Shown: positions 13,620 through 26,905, counted from the stretch's first letter. The stretch: DNA of 64,000 bases from Octopus vulgaris (GCA_951406725.2 OX597827.1:32550001-32614000); one strand, 5' to 3'. Made by a program: numbers and translations. Notes: generated by a model not told the origin, from the letters alone.

Positions 13620-13825
13620 ATCTCTTACTTGTTTCAGTCATTAGACTGCGACCTTGCTGGGGTACCGCCTTGAAAAATTTTAGTCGAATGTATTAACCCC
13701 AATACTTAAATTTTTTAAAACCTGGTACTTATTCTATCCGTCTCTTTTGCCGAAACGCTAGGTTACGGGGACATAAACTCACCAACACCGGTTGTCAAGC
13801 GGTGGTGGAGGACAAACACATATAC
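13620..13825 (-). mobile_element. SINE family B, 3' half
   Basis: Reverse complement of the 3' half of 48710-49165. Confidence 0.8.
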
Positions 13826-14052
13826 ACACGAGTGGGAACTGAAAAGTTCCTGGCTTTAAGAGTATCTTGTAAGGTATGACTGGCAGCCCAGCCTTCCAAG
13901 TTATTTTACAGGGATTAGAAAAAGGACCACTGCAATATGTGTGTGAATCTGCGAAGGGAATATGTTGAATAAAATCATAATTAACTGATCTTCCACTATT
14001 TTCTTTTACCCAAAGCCTGGGACTTTACAGCCCCCCCCCCCCCCCCTTGTGT
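13826..14052 (+). mobile_element. Mariner-derived MITE
   Basis: TIR-like ends cgagtgggaactgaaaagttcctggcttt / aaagcctgggactttacagcccc..cttgtgta; internal CVNLRREYVE* matches a mariner transposase C-terminus. Confidence 0.65.
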
Positions 14053-14379
14053 ACACACACACACAATCAGATCGTGATAAAACTTGATTAATAATGAACT
14101 TTCTTGTCTTCCATTGCAACTGTTACAAGTTCTTATCCGATGACAGTGTCTCCCGATTCAGCAAACCAAGATATGTCGTTGCAAATCTTGTCTTGCTTCC
14201 ATTTTCTTTTTTTTTTTTTTGTGTCTTTCTTCCGGTTTCCATGAAAGCGTTTGGTGCACGAATACGTTAATTCACCTTAACTCCTCGAGGAGATCCAATG
14301 AGTTTCATCAAAATTATAGTTAATTTGGGAATGTTCTAGTACCGTTTGTTTGTTTGGTTGGTTAAGTGTTCTTACCCTG

Positions 14380-14505
14380 ATGTATTTTTGTTGTTCTTTG
14401 TGCATCTTGGTAAATCACTTTTCCACAATGTAGCCATTTTCTCCAGTGTTTTCCAAGTCACACCAATTCTAGTTTCCATATCTTTCATGTAGAGAGTTTT
14501 GATCA
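14380..14505 (-). mobile_element. RTE-like LINE fragment
   Basis: Minus strand KDMETRIGVTWKTLEKMATLWKSDLPRCTK resembles the RTE post-RT motif D...RI..AW....KM..IWKS.L....K. Confidence 0.5.
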
Positions 14506-14699
14506 ATGCTTCTCAAAGTGAGCGATACGGTCACGTGGGGGTGCGGAGGAAATTTTATAAAGGTACGGGGGATACTGGGGACAGATGAGCCGATAAGAAG
14601 ACGAGTGGTGATGGACATATCTTTTATTTGCACCTGTTTTCAAAAATACTTTCAATTTTTATTGTGTGCAAATCATTTGGTCACATTTACTGGTCGAAA

Positions 14700-15115
14700 T
14701 AGGACGGTGAACTGGCAGAATCGTTAGCACACAGGTAAAAATGCTTAGCAGCATTTTATTCAGCTTTACGTTCTGAGTTCAAATTCCGCCGAGGTCGACT
14801 TTGTATTTTATCCTTTCGAGTCGATAAAGTACCACTTAAGCACTGGGGTCTTTGGGATCGACTTACCCCCTCCCTCGAAATTACTGGCTGAAATGTTGTT
14901 GGGACACTCCATTTTATAATATATCCTGATATCAAATTTTGGCAAACGCCACTAATTTCGGCGAGCGGGGCGAATCGATTTCATCGAGCCCAGTGCTCAC
15001 TCAGCCGGTATTTTATCGACCCCGAGAAAATGAAAGGCAAAAATCGATCTCGGCGAACGCAATGCCACAAAGCATTTCACCCAGCTTTGCTAACGATTCT
15101 CCCAGCTCGTCGCTT
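14700..15115. mobile_element. Two SINE family A copies in inverted orientation (+14700-14890, -14950-15115)
   Basis: Similarity to family A consensus on opposite strands. Confidence 0.8.
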
Positions 15116-15129
15116 TGTTTCATATTATA

Positions 15130-15725
15130 TTCTTTTATTTGTTTCAGTCATTTGACTGCGGCCTTGCTGGAGTACCGCCATTGGTCAAACAAATCGATCC
15201 CAGGACTTATTCTTTGTAAGCCTATACTTATTCTATCGGACTCTTTTGCCGAACCGGTAAGTTTCGGGGACGTAAACACACCAGCATCGGTTGTCAAGCG
15301 ATGGAGGGGTGGGGACAAACACAGACACGCAAACACACGTGGTGTAGGTGATGTTAATAGTTTTTGTTCAATCGTACCAAGGGCCCCCCACCAACTAATT
15401 CTTTCTTCCCCCTCCCTCTGTCTCTTCCTTTCTTCCCTTCCCTTCTTCCTCTTCCCTTCCTTTTCCTCACCCTCCCCCTTTATATCTACAACCCTCTAAA
15501 ATTTTCTCTCAAATCTATTATTATTTCCACTCCACTTTCTCTCTCCCCTTTTTTCCAATCACTAAATTACGAGGACGTAAACCAATACCAGTCGAGAAAA
15601 GGGGATGCAAAAACAGACACACAGACACATATATATGTCGAGCTTCTTTCAGTTTCCGCGTACCAGATACATTCACGAGGCTTTGGTTGGATCGAGGATA
15701 TAGCAGAAAAAACTTGCCAAAGCTA
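15130..15725 (-). mobile_element. SINE family B pieces (15130-15335 and 15570-15725)
   Basis: Reverse-complement match to family B. Confidence 0.75.
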
Positions 15726-15769
15726 GAACTCTCAAGAGGAAACGGTTACCCTATCTACCTATATATATG

Positions 15770-16107
15770 CTGAGACCCCCTTCGGTCATGACTGACCATG
15801 GGATTGCACCTAAAAAGTTACCCTCCCAGGCACAAGTCCGGGCAAGGTTATTTTTATGGAAGACCAGCAGTCGCCCATGTGTACCGGCCTCCCCTCCACA
15901 GGCCACCAGTGTTATCCAAGGGAAAGGTAAAGGCCGATACAGCTTTGCATCTGTGACGTCGCAACTCATTTCTGCAGCTGAGTGAACTGGAGCAACGTGA
16001 AATAAAGTGTCTTGCTCAAGAACACAACACGCAGCCCAGTCCGGGATTCGAACTCATAACCTCACGATCGTAAGCTCGACGCTCTAACCACTGAGCTATG
16101 CACCTTC
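15770..16107 (-). mobile_element. tRNA-derived SINE family D, full-length
   Basis: Head on minus strand TAGCTCAGTGGTTAGAGCG...GAGTTCGAATCCCG (A/B boxes), then CTTGAGCAAGACACTTTATTTCACGTTGCTCCAG; related copies at 38540, 42027 and 45965. Confidence 0.85.
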
Positions 16108-16207
16108 ACTTTCACGCATACATATATATAAGTGTGTGTGTGTGTATAAATAAATATATGTGTATATATGTGTGTGTGTATATATGTGTGTGTATGTGTG
16201 TGTGTAT

Positions 16208-16287
<80 letters not shown>

Positions 16288-16439
16288 GTACACAAACACA
16301 CATACAAACACACACACATTATCAACCAGTATTAATCACCATATGTCAATGCCATAAGTGTCATCTTTAAAATGGTGTCTTCGTGTGCGAATATTAATTA
16401 TTAGAAAATAAAAATATCAGAAAAGTAAACGACAGTGTT

Positions 16440-16568
<129 letters not shown>

Positions 16569-17149
16569 GTGAGGGTGTCTGACGATTCTCCCACAATTTA
16601 ATTGCTTTCCTCGCAACACACAATTTCCGATAAAATCTCTTGCCAAGGCGTAGGTGTGACTATGTTGTATAAAGTTTGCTTCCCAACCAGATGCTTCCAG
16701 GTTCAGTCCTACTGTGTGGCACCATGGGGCAAGTGTCTTCTCCCATAGCCTCTTCGTTGACGCCCGACACCACTGGGAGGTGGCCCTCGAAGTCGCTGGA
16801 AATGGAAATCTCCAGGTCCAAATTCTTGAACGGCTATTGCTGCTGTTGTCTTCTTCCAATCAGGACTCACGCCATCAGCCACAAAGAATAATCTCTAATT
16901 CGAGCCTACTCTAAGCTACTAAGAATGCGTGTGGCAATTTGAATATCCACCCACCACACGCGATAGATTGGCGGTTGCACAGGCGCAAAAGCTACGTTGT
17001 TATCCTCATTCCGTAAACGGTGGCTTTTTTTTTAACGGGTGGAAAGCTGAACCATCCTGTGGTACAGAGGATTCGCAATCTAGACTAGGGTCTGAAAGTT
17101 TACCACACCATAATGGGTTACGCCATAGTTCTTCTGCTTTGTGGCAGAA

Positions 17150-17290
17150 GTAGAACGAAAGAGTGACAGAAATTTGTGGTGAAAGAGTTTTTTGCTCAAT
17201 AAACACTCACAATGCCCGGTCTGGGAATCGAAACCGCGTTCTTACGACTGCGAGTCCGTTGCCCTAACCACTGGGCCATTACGCCTCCAC
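17150..17290 (-). mobile_element. tRNA-derived SINE family C, 5' portion
   Basis: Reverse complement of GGAGGCGTAATGGCCCAGTGGTTAGGG...GGTTTCGATTCCCAGACC as at 32812. Confidence 0.8.
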
Positions 17291-17724
17291 TGCTGCTGTT
17301 GTTGTTTAAGGAAAAACTAATTAAAGGTATCGTGTTCGCTGCGAATGTTGTCAACGGTGTTAGCGTTTATTTAACTATTTATAAACCAGTAATAGCTTAC
17401 CATTCAAATAATTACCATGCTCCACCGATTCCATTTCATCATTACTCTCAGAGTGGTTACCATAGAATCGTCACACGATGTCTTCCAACTCAGAAGGAGT
17501 GTGGGAGGAGGGGCGTGGCGGGACGGAGTGTGTCGGGGTTTCCAAGATCTATTACACAGATATTGAATATTCTGTCACTGTTGAAACAGGAAACAAAGAA
17601 AGATCAGTCAGTGATTGGTCATGTGACTTCCGATTCTAGATCTCAGCGATATGTCTTGATGTGATTCCACTAATTTCATTGATTTCAGCTGAATGGGCTT
17701 TGTATTATTCATTTATTTATCTAT

Positions 17725-18112
17725 TTATTACCCCCGCCCTCGCTAAAGCGGAGGTATTGTTTTCAGTCGTGTTTGTTTGTTTGTCTGTGGACAAGGTATC
17801 TCAAAAACCGCTGGATGGATTTGGATGAAATTTGGATGAAACAAGGATGTTTGGCCTTGTGACTGGCACGAGCTGATAAGATTTTGGGATAGATCCAGTA
17901 CCGGACAAGGATTCTGGATTATTTTTCCTGTTTTTCTTTTTTTTTTCTACTTAATTTTTGAGAGCAGTTGGGTTCATTTTTAGTATTCTCGTTTGTGAGA
18001 GGAGTCGAGTTTATTTCAGATATTCTCATTTTAAAAATTATTTCTGGCTAATCGTTGAGAGGACATTGGTGTTGCCTTGGCAGTGGTTTGTGCTCTCTGA
18101 GTACTCTTCTTC
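17725..18112 (+). mobile_element. Helentron-associated (HINE/DINE-1-like) non-autonomous element
   Basis: ttattacccccgcc...gcggaggtattgttttc, (GTTT)n microsatellite, ggatggatttggatgaaattt, and 3' ttggcagtggtttgtgctctctgagtac: sub-terminal IR plus 3' hairpin layout. Confidence 0.65.
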
Positions 18113-18449
18113 TATTTATTTTTGGTTTTCTTTCGTTTTGTGATTGTCCACCTCCGTCATAAAACAAAACCCGAGAGCGGTGGTATTTTACATAACATCG
18201 ATAATGGCAGAATAGTTAGGGCTTCGAACATGACTTGTTACGGATTTCTCTAAATCCCGCCGACCTCGACTTTACATTGGACAGCCAACTTCCAAAAATC
18301 ATTACAGCCTTAATCGTTGATGCTTTGCGTTCTGACTTCAAATCCCTCCATGGCCAACTTTGCGTTTGATCTCTCTGGGATCGATAACATGACGTACCAG
18401 TCAAGAAATGAGGTCGATGGGTTCAACTATTCTCTTCTCTCAGTACTTC

Positions 18450-18497
<48 letters not shown>

Positions 18498-18588
18498 ATG
18501 GCAAAAATCAATATATTGCATTTATTACTTAAACTGTTCACAGACAGCTCGATGTTGTAAAATACAAAAATGAAAATAAAAATCACGA

Positions 18589-18624
<36 letters not shown>

Positions 18625-19584
18625 TCGCGCACCCGTGTGTACGTTTATCGAAAACAGTGGTACATGTCAAAAGCGACGTGGTTTATATTTGTCTCCTGAC
18701 GAAAAATGAAACAACAACAATAAATAGTTCGATAAACTATAAAAGGTTGCAACCGAGATAGTTTTGCGCACTAAATATTGTAGGAATACGCTATCAAATT
18801 TCCATGTTGAAATTCCTGCGATATTATAAGGGTGTAGAATGCAAGAAGAGGGATAATATCTCACGTTAAGAGGCAGTTGTTTCCTTCAATGTTGGCCAAG
18901 ATCCTATTTGGCGCCTAGTCTTGCATCTTACTCGCATATGGCCCCCTGGATACCGTAATATACGACAGTGACTCCTAACCAGCTGATCTATGTGAGTGAG
19001 CCTATGGTTATAAATGATGGGGAGAATTTCTATCGCTAAATACACGAAACCTGGAACGGTAGAGAATTCAGAACCAAACTAAACCGGTCAATGGACTTGA
19101 AGGAGTAACAGTTCGGGTATGTAACATGCCATAAAACAGGGCGAGTCCAAACGTAGAGAGCAACATCGGTCAGTCATCCAGAAAGGGATTGGGGCCCACG
19201 TATTATCCCAAAAGAAATACCAATTATAATCCAAATAGAAGCAACCGGTAATTGTATGGGAGAGCTTTTGGCAAGCCGCGTGCCCGCAAAAATTTCGCCC
19301 TAATAAATTTTGCCGTGTAAGAAAATTCATCGGAAGATAAATTCGTTGTATGAATATTGCTAAAGCATATTATATCAGCACTTTTTTTTTAATATAAAAA
19401 GGAATAATAGAAGGTTTTATAAAAGCATTAAATAGGCAAGTCTTTATTCAACACCCGACATTAAAAGAAAGTGTTCAAATCATTTAAAACTATTCCTTGC
19501 GGTGAATTTTCCTACGGCAAAAATAACCAACAAACCGACTCCTGGACACAAGGAAGGCAATTGGCTGATGATCACGATATTAAC

Positions 19585-20010
19585 AGGCGGCGAGCTGGCA
19601 GAATCGTTAGCACGCCGGGCGAAATGCGTAGCCGTCCGCCGAGGTCGACTTTACCTTTCATCCTTTCGGGGTCGATAAATTAAGTACCAGTTACGCACTG
19701 AGGTCGATGTAATCGACTTAATCCCTTTGTCTTTGTTTGTCCCTCCTATGTTTAGCCCCTTGTGGGCAATAAAGAAATAGATATTAAAATATCGTTTCCA
19801 TAATGAATACAAGGCCCATAGCTAGTTGGGACAAGTGAGAAGAACGATCGATTACATGGACGTCCGATGCTTGATACTTCGATGCTTTATTTTATCGATT
19901 ACCGGAAAGACGAAAAGCAAAGTTGGGATTTGAACTCATAACGTAAAAACCCGGAGCAAATACTGCAAGATATTTTGCCCGATGCTCTAACGATTTCTGC
20001 CAATCGACCG
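19585..20010. mobile_element. SINE family A (+19585-19780) followed by a diverged inverted copy (-19810-20010)
   Basis: Match to family A on opposite strands. Confidence 0.8.
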
Positions 20011-20069
20011 TTCTTCATTCGATTATGATATCGTCACAACATCGCGTTGGACAAATCAATAATTCGGTC

Positions 20070-20250
20070 GCAAAATCTTTGATATAATTGCGAAGTCTTT
20101 TGACTGAATCGTGGAGTCTTTGACTTAGCTGCGAATTCTGTGGTTCAATTGCCATTAATTTGATTCAATCGCAGTGTTTGATTTAGTCGGCAAGTATTTA
20201 ACTAAGTTGCGAAGTCTTTGATTCAATCGTAAAGTCTTTGACTGTAAATT
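20070..20250. repeat. ~20-bp degenerate minisatellite (gcgaagtctttgattcaatc)
   Basis: About 9 diverged units read directly. Confidence 0.7.
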
Positions 20251-20355
20251 GGTAACCAGCGAATTATTAATCTTTGCCTGTTACATGATTTTCTAGAACT
20301 TTCGGTAAAAATTCTGATTGCTATATAAATGGTAGTTGTATACATGAAAAAGTTG

Positions 20356-20452
20356 AAAATCTGCCAAATAATATACGCGTAAATACATTCACACAGACAT
20401 ACACACATACACTAAAAAAAAATAAAAACAAACACACATATACTTATACACA

Positions 20453-20511
<59 letters not shown>

Positions 20512-20593
20512 ATGTGTGTTTGTTTTTATTTTTTTGAGTGTATGTGTGTATGTCTGTGTGAATGTATTTACGTGTATATTATATGGCAGATTT

Positions 20594-20594
<1 letters not shown>
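20356..20594. repeat. ~95-bp inverted repeat centred on (TA)n
   Basis: aaaatctgcc...cacacatatac is the reverse complement of gtatatgtgtg...ggcagatttt. Confidence 0.9.
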
Positions 20595-20653
<59 letters not shown>

Positions 20654-20872
20654 ATTGAGGTAATCAGATCAGATGGTTCATATAGATATTTATATATATT
20701 ACATTTTTTACATATATATCATATCATTCGGATTAGCGCTTGCTCCCATTCTAGTGGGTTTTCAAATCAAATCAGTTGTGGGTAGTTTGAACCTTTTTAT
20801 AGTTTCGTAGTAGTGGGTGAGGAGGAAGTGAGACAGAGAGAAAATATGTGTGTATGTGTGTGTGTGTGTGTG

Positions 20873-20957
<85 letters not shown>

Positions 20958-21479
20958 TGTATGTATGCACGTAAACAAACAAATAAGCACACAAACATAT
21001 ACATTTACACGCGTATATACAAGCACAGATAGCGTTACATACTTTAAAAGTAACATTTATCTCATAAAACCAACATGAACATTATCTAGAAAGTTTATTT
21101 TAAATCTAATAAAATGAAAAACATGGAATATTTCAGGAAAAATGTATGTAAGTAATTAATAAATTAACCTTAAAATGAAATTTTGAAACTACAGTTGTGT
21201 TTTGGCTAAAGTTAAGTGCTTTGGACACGAACGTAGTATGTAATATGAGCCACCTGATTTAACTGCCTGAAACAGCAGCTAAATCTCCCTTGAATCACAT
21301 CATAACTATCTTCAAAAAACGATGAACAGATTGGGCAATATAGTCATATATATACAAAAAGATGGGATGGCTACATCTGGAACGCCTTTGATGATAGATT
21401 TTCTCAATCAAACATCAAAAATTACCGATGGCAGGGTTCGAACAAATGATCTCTGGTCCAGTACTCCACTGACGCGGCC

Positions 21480-21862
21480 ACAAGTATAGGAGTGACTGTG
21501 TTGTAAGAAGCTTGCTTCCCAACCACATGGTTCTGGTTTCAGTCCCACTGCGGGGCACCTTGGGCAAGTGTCTTCTACTATATATCGCCTCGGACCGACT
21601 TGTGAATAGATTCGGTAGACGGAAACTGAAAGAAGCCCGACATATATGTGTGTGTGTCCTCCCACCATCGCTTGACAACGATGTTGCCACCATCGCTTGA
21701 CACCGATGTTGGTGTGCTTACGCCCCCGTAACATAGCAGTTTGGCAAGAGACTGATAAAACAAATTTCTAGGCTTGCAAAAATAAGTACTGGGGTCCATT
21801 TGTTCGACTAAAGACGGTGCTCCAGCATGGCCGCAGTCAACTGACTGAAACTGATAAAAGAA
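21480..21862 (+). mobile_element. SINE family B, full-length
   Basis: Match to 48710-49165; internal short duplication ccaccatcgcttgaca. Confidence 0.9.
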
Positions 21863-21880
21863 TATATATATATATAAATA

Positions 21881-23459
21881 TATATAAATTTATATATGAG
21901 GATAATATCGATATTTAAGTGTCGAAATTATCAAGTGGCCAGCATGAAAGAAATACCTTACAAAGGTAAAAAAAAATTTAACAATTAAAAATGAGGGTGT
22001 CTAAAAGACACCAACATGCCGAAATAGCAGTCGAAACTCTGACTATAAAACCACGTTAAATGTTCACATCGCAACATGAGGTAAAAGCGGAGGGGCAAAA
22101 CATACAAGCAAAAATTATTGAATAATTCAAGATCCAAGGATTTCTGGTTCTGCTTTAGATAAGCTTTACCGTCATCAATTGAATATATCAAGGGTACATA
22201 AATACAGATATATATATGCACAGCAAACGATATACTTACATATACGAGCGCCGTACATACATACATATGCACGTATGGACACAGCCTGTTTGAATCGCCC
22301 GCCAAATCACCGCATAAGTACGATATGGTTAAAATAAGCACCGCAGTGAATATAATAACGAATTATATAAATTTATATATGAGGATAATATCGATATTTA
22401 AGTGTCGAAATTATCAAGTGGCCAGCATGAAAGAAATACCTTACAAAGGTAAAAAAAATTTTAACAATTAAAAATGAGGGTGTCTAAAAGACACCAACAT
22501 GCCGAAATAGCAGTCGAAACTCTGACTATAAAACCACGTTAAATGTTCACATCGCAACATGAGGTAAAGCGGAGGGGCAAAACATACAAGCAAAAATTAT
22601 TGAATAATTCAAGATCCAATGATTTCTGGTTCTGCTTTAGATAACCTTTACCGTCATCAATTGAATATATCAAGGGTACATAAATACAGATGTGCATATA
22701 TGTATGTACGGCGCTCGTATATGTAAGTATATCGTTTGCTGTGCATATATATATCTGTATTTATGTACCCTTGATATATTCAATTGATGACGGTAAAGCT
22801 TATCTAAAGCAGAACCAGAAATCCTTGGATCTTGAATTATTCAATAATTTTTGCTTGTATGTTTTGCCCCTCCGCTTTACCTCATGTTGCGATGTGAACA
22901 TTTAACGTGGTTTTATAGTCAGAGTTTCGACTGCTATTTCGGCATGTTGGTGTCTTTTAGACACCCTCATTTTTAATTGTTAAAATTTTTTTACCTTTGT
23001 AAGGTATTTCTTTCATGCTGGCCACTTGATAATTTCGACACTTAAATATCGATATTATCCGCATATATAAATTTATATAATTCGTTATTATATTCACTGC
23101 GGTGCTTATTTTAACCATATCGTACTTATGCGGTGATTTGGCGGGCGATTCAAACAGGCTGTGTCCATACGTGCATATGTATGTATGTACGGCGCTCGTA
23201 TATGTAAGTATATCGTTTGCTGTGCATATATATATCTGTATTTATGTACCCTTGATATATTCAATTGATGACGGTAAAGCTTATCTAAAGCAGAACCAGA
23301 AATCATTGGATCTTGAATTATTCAATAATTTTTGTTTGTATGTTTTGCCCCTCCGCTTTACCTCATGTTGCGATGTGAACATTTAACGTGGTTTTATAGT
23401 CAGAGTTTCGACTGCTATTTCGGCATGTTGGTGTCTTTTAGACACCCTCATTTTTAATT

Positions 23460-23460
<1 letters not shown>
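21881..23460. repeat. Palindrome of 483-bp tandem units (PLE pseudo-LTR-like)
   Basis: Unit starts at 21881 and 22364; inversion point at 22691/22692; 22692-23460 is the reverse complement of the same tandem. Confidence 0.95.
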
Positions 23461-23513
<53 letters not shown>

Positions 23514-23518
<5 letters not shown>

Positions 23519-23626
23519 GTATTCCGGTATTCGTGGGGGTTACGTTCCTAGAGCACCCGCGAATAGTGAAAACGAATATTGGACCCAGTCTCCCAAAATG
23601 CCTATAAATGGCAAAATATAGCATAA

Positions 23627-23672
<46 letters not shown>

Positions 23673-26600
23673 TAATAATTTAATAAAAAATAAAGTAAAA
23701 TGTATGGTTACTGACCAAAAATGAATGATATTGATTTAAGACGATGATAATGAAAATAACGAATGTATGAACTGCACAGCAAAGAAGATGTTAGAGCTCT
23801 TCAGGGGATGCCTCTTCTTCGAGTGGTTTAGGGGATGTCGTATCTTGGTGCAAGGCTTTCTTGATAGCCTTGAGGAACATTTGTGATGGGAATTTGCTGT
23901 CGCTGTTTCTTTACGGTGGTGAGGAGAGTTTTATATGTCTGCATGGCAGCATCGATGGCATTTTTAAATTGGAGAGACCGAATCATATAGGGATCCCATG
24001 CCTCCGCCTTCCCTTGCAATTCCTTTGTTGTCCCTTAAAAGGTCGGATAGACGTTCGATTGCCAAGCCCACTTCATCCTCCTCTGGATCTAACGCTTCTT
24101 CCTCGTCTTCGCTGGCAGACTTCGTTAACTCCAATAAATCTTCGTCTGTCAGGGTTTCAGAGTGGGCATCGATGAGGTGGTTGACCTCATCTTGCGTGAT
24201 GTTGTCAAAACCTTCGCCAGTTTCACCGCATTGTTGACAGCCTCGTGCTGAATATCTTCAGGTAAGAAGCCCTCATAGTCCTGGACACACTCTGGCCACA
24301 TCTTCTTCCGGCATGCGATGTGTGACCACCAACATTATCCATAACAAGCAACACCTTGAATTCATGCAAACATTTTGAAGGCATTCCTTGTCTTGAGGGA
24401 TGAAGCATTGGTGGAACCAAGTCAAAGTTAAACTTTTGGTAATCTAGGCTTTGGAGTTGAGCATCAAGTGGACAGGTAGCGGGTTTTTATTCTTATTTTT
24501 GAAATTCCTCGGGTTCGTGGACTTGTAGGTAAGTCCTGGTTTCATCAGGGGGCCAGCAGCATTGCTACACGTAATTAGCATCACTTCTGTGCCTTAAATC
24601 CTGGAGCTCTAGCTTCGTCCTTCATGATGTACATTCTGGAAGGTATTTTCCAGAACAAGCCACTCTCGTCCATATTGAAAACCAGTTCCGGCTTTTATCC
24701 CTTGACCTCGATCATCTGCCTGAAGGTTTCGAGGTACTTCTCGGTGGTTTCTTTGTCGGCTGATGCTGTCTCTCCATACAGGGAAACACTTTATTTTAAC
24801 CGTTTCAGGAAACGGTCAAACCATCCCTTGTTGGTTTGAAAATCTTCTTGCTCCGGTGCTGTCAATGGTCTTGGTTGCGGTTTCTCAGTGCCTTCTGCTG
24901 AATTTCCTCTGTCGAACAGCTTGGTCTAAATTCCGTGCTTTCTCGCGGATAAGGTTATTGCTCAAGGTGACGTTTTTCTTCTTGCAGTCGCTGATCTACA
25001 ATGCCAAGGCAGATTCCATCCTAACCAAGTGCTTATTTGTCATTATCGTTATCTTTTTGGCACGTTCACAGAAACTTACTGCTACGGCAGTCCTGATCGC
25101 CACCTCGTTCTTCTTTATGAAGCGTATCATGCTTTCGTTGACAACATAATAGCGACCTACTGCTGCATAAATTTTACCTTCCCGGAACATATCCAGCAGT
25201 TGTGTCTTCTCATAGAGCGTTATAACCTTTTTCTGGCGCTTAGGTTCACTGCCAGAAGCCTTCGAAGGTGTAGGGTATTTGGACGGCATCTTAGGGTTTA
25301 ATAATACACTGCGAAAAACATAGTCGTCAACAAAATAGTGGTGATAGCTACTGGACGCAGATTTTCGAAAAGAAAACCTGCAAAAACATTTTCATTGCGT
25401 CTAATATGTGCTTACCACCAATGGAAAATTGAGCAGAGATTAAAAATAATCATGGCTTTGAAGAATTTAGTTTGTATTACTACTAGATACATCAATCTAT
25501 ACTATAATAATGAGAGAGAACGAGAGAGAGAGACCAGCAAGTAACCTAATTTCAATGAGGCTATATTGGCTCACGACCTTAAAAAATATCCTGTTGAAAT
25601 AATATGTATGATCAAATGTAGTAATGAATTTTAGGAAAGACTTCGTCCCCATCCCCACCCCCACCCCATTTTCTCCCAAATTTGTCTATTTTTGTAAATT
25701 TTTTTTTACCAAAAATCCGTTTTCGGATACGGTTCCGGAAAATTGCCAAAATCGGAATTGTGAAATCACCCCTATTTTCCCCCCAACTTGTTCAATTTTG
25801 ACTTTTTCCCCGAATACTAACCCTAAAACCCTAACTGTAACCCTAAAACCCTAACCGTAAGCACAGAAATGTTTTGAAATTTTTGACCGAATCATGATGT
25901 CCATATTTTTTCCGCATATTTAGAAAAGAAACAATTCTTAAAAAAAAATTTTGCAAAGACTTTTGGAATTTTTTTTTTTCAGAATCATAATCTCCGTATT
26001 TTTCCGCAAATTTTGAAAAAAAGAAATTGTGAAAAAAAGTTTAAAACGAAGGAAATGGAGGTGGGGATGGTAATTTAGAAATGTCGATTTTTGCCAATCT
26101 TTTTGCAGATTCGTATTCCCCGTAGCCGAAGGGGGGGGGGGGGGCGAAAACAAATTTATAAAAAGGGTGGTTTTTTGGGGTGGGGACGGGCGGAAGTTTT
26201 GCTTAGCTTGTTTATATATATATAACAGTTATGTTGAAACAGGTGATGCGGGAAAACGCAGCATTGACAAAACATTTGTAGAGTAAATGGTCTAATTCGA
26301 CTAAACAGCATGTAATACATCCGTTTGGAGAATTCCATGCTCTAACCGATCATAGAAAATTGGGGGTGGGGGAGTATGTAATTTTTGAACCTACCAAAAA
26401 GTTGTCAGTGGATATACTCGCCTTTGAGGCGGTCAGCGCTGCGTCTAACACGACCCATCATGTGGTTGACAGTCAAATGAATGAAGGTGTAATCGAGATA
26501 TTGTACGTAAATGGGTACATTATGGAAATGGGCTGCAATAGGAGACGGTAACCAGGAAGTGAACTGTTGAAAGAGGTTGAGAAGGAGCTGGTAGTGCTGT

Positions 26601-26904
26601 CAATCTTCCCTCGCAAGATACAGTGTACTTGTATCTGAAGAAAATCAAGCGATGTGATGCGCAGCCATTCTAATCAGAGCGATCTTCAGCTGCGAAGGGG
26701 CGTCCAGTAAACCGGCAAATACGGTGTATTATTATTATTGTTATTATTATTATTAATTATTAATAATTTAGCCTTAAAATGTTTGAAAAGGTATATATTG
26801 TCACGAAAAAACCCATAAAATATCTCGGAGAATATTTACGATTCCGCGAATATGCGGTGGTTTCCGGGAGCAATTATTAATTCCGCGAATAAGCGGGACC
26901 GCGA

Positions 26905-26905
<1 letters not shown>
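23514..26905 (-). mobile_element. Tigger/pogo DNA transposon (TIGD1-like transposase pseudogene at about 23830-25289), interrupted by an insertion
   Basis: MPSKYP...KRQKKVITLYEKTQLLDM...VGRYYVVNESMIRFIKKNE (CENP-B-type HTH), NQGWFDRF, FNMDESGLFWK, FKVLLVMDNVGGH; GC-rich ends with tattcgcgg/ccgcgaata motifs at 23514-23580 and 26820-26905. Confidence 0.85.
25496..26725 (+). mobile_element. Probable Helitron-like insertion inside the Tigger
   Basis: Starts ATCTATACTATAATAA (Helitron-like 5' TC end); sequence unrelated to Tigger; 3' CTAG not clearly seen. Confidence 0.4.

Noticed and set aside
24996-25289. Domesticated TIGD/CENP-B gene
   Set aside because: Stops, frameshifts and deletions throughout, with transposon-like ends present.
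25817-25860. Interstitial telomere
   Set aside because: Only a few imperfect units inside a probable mobile element.
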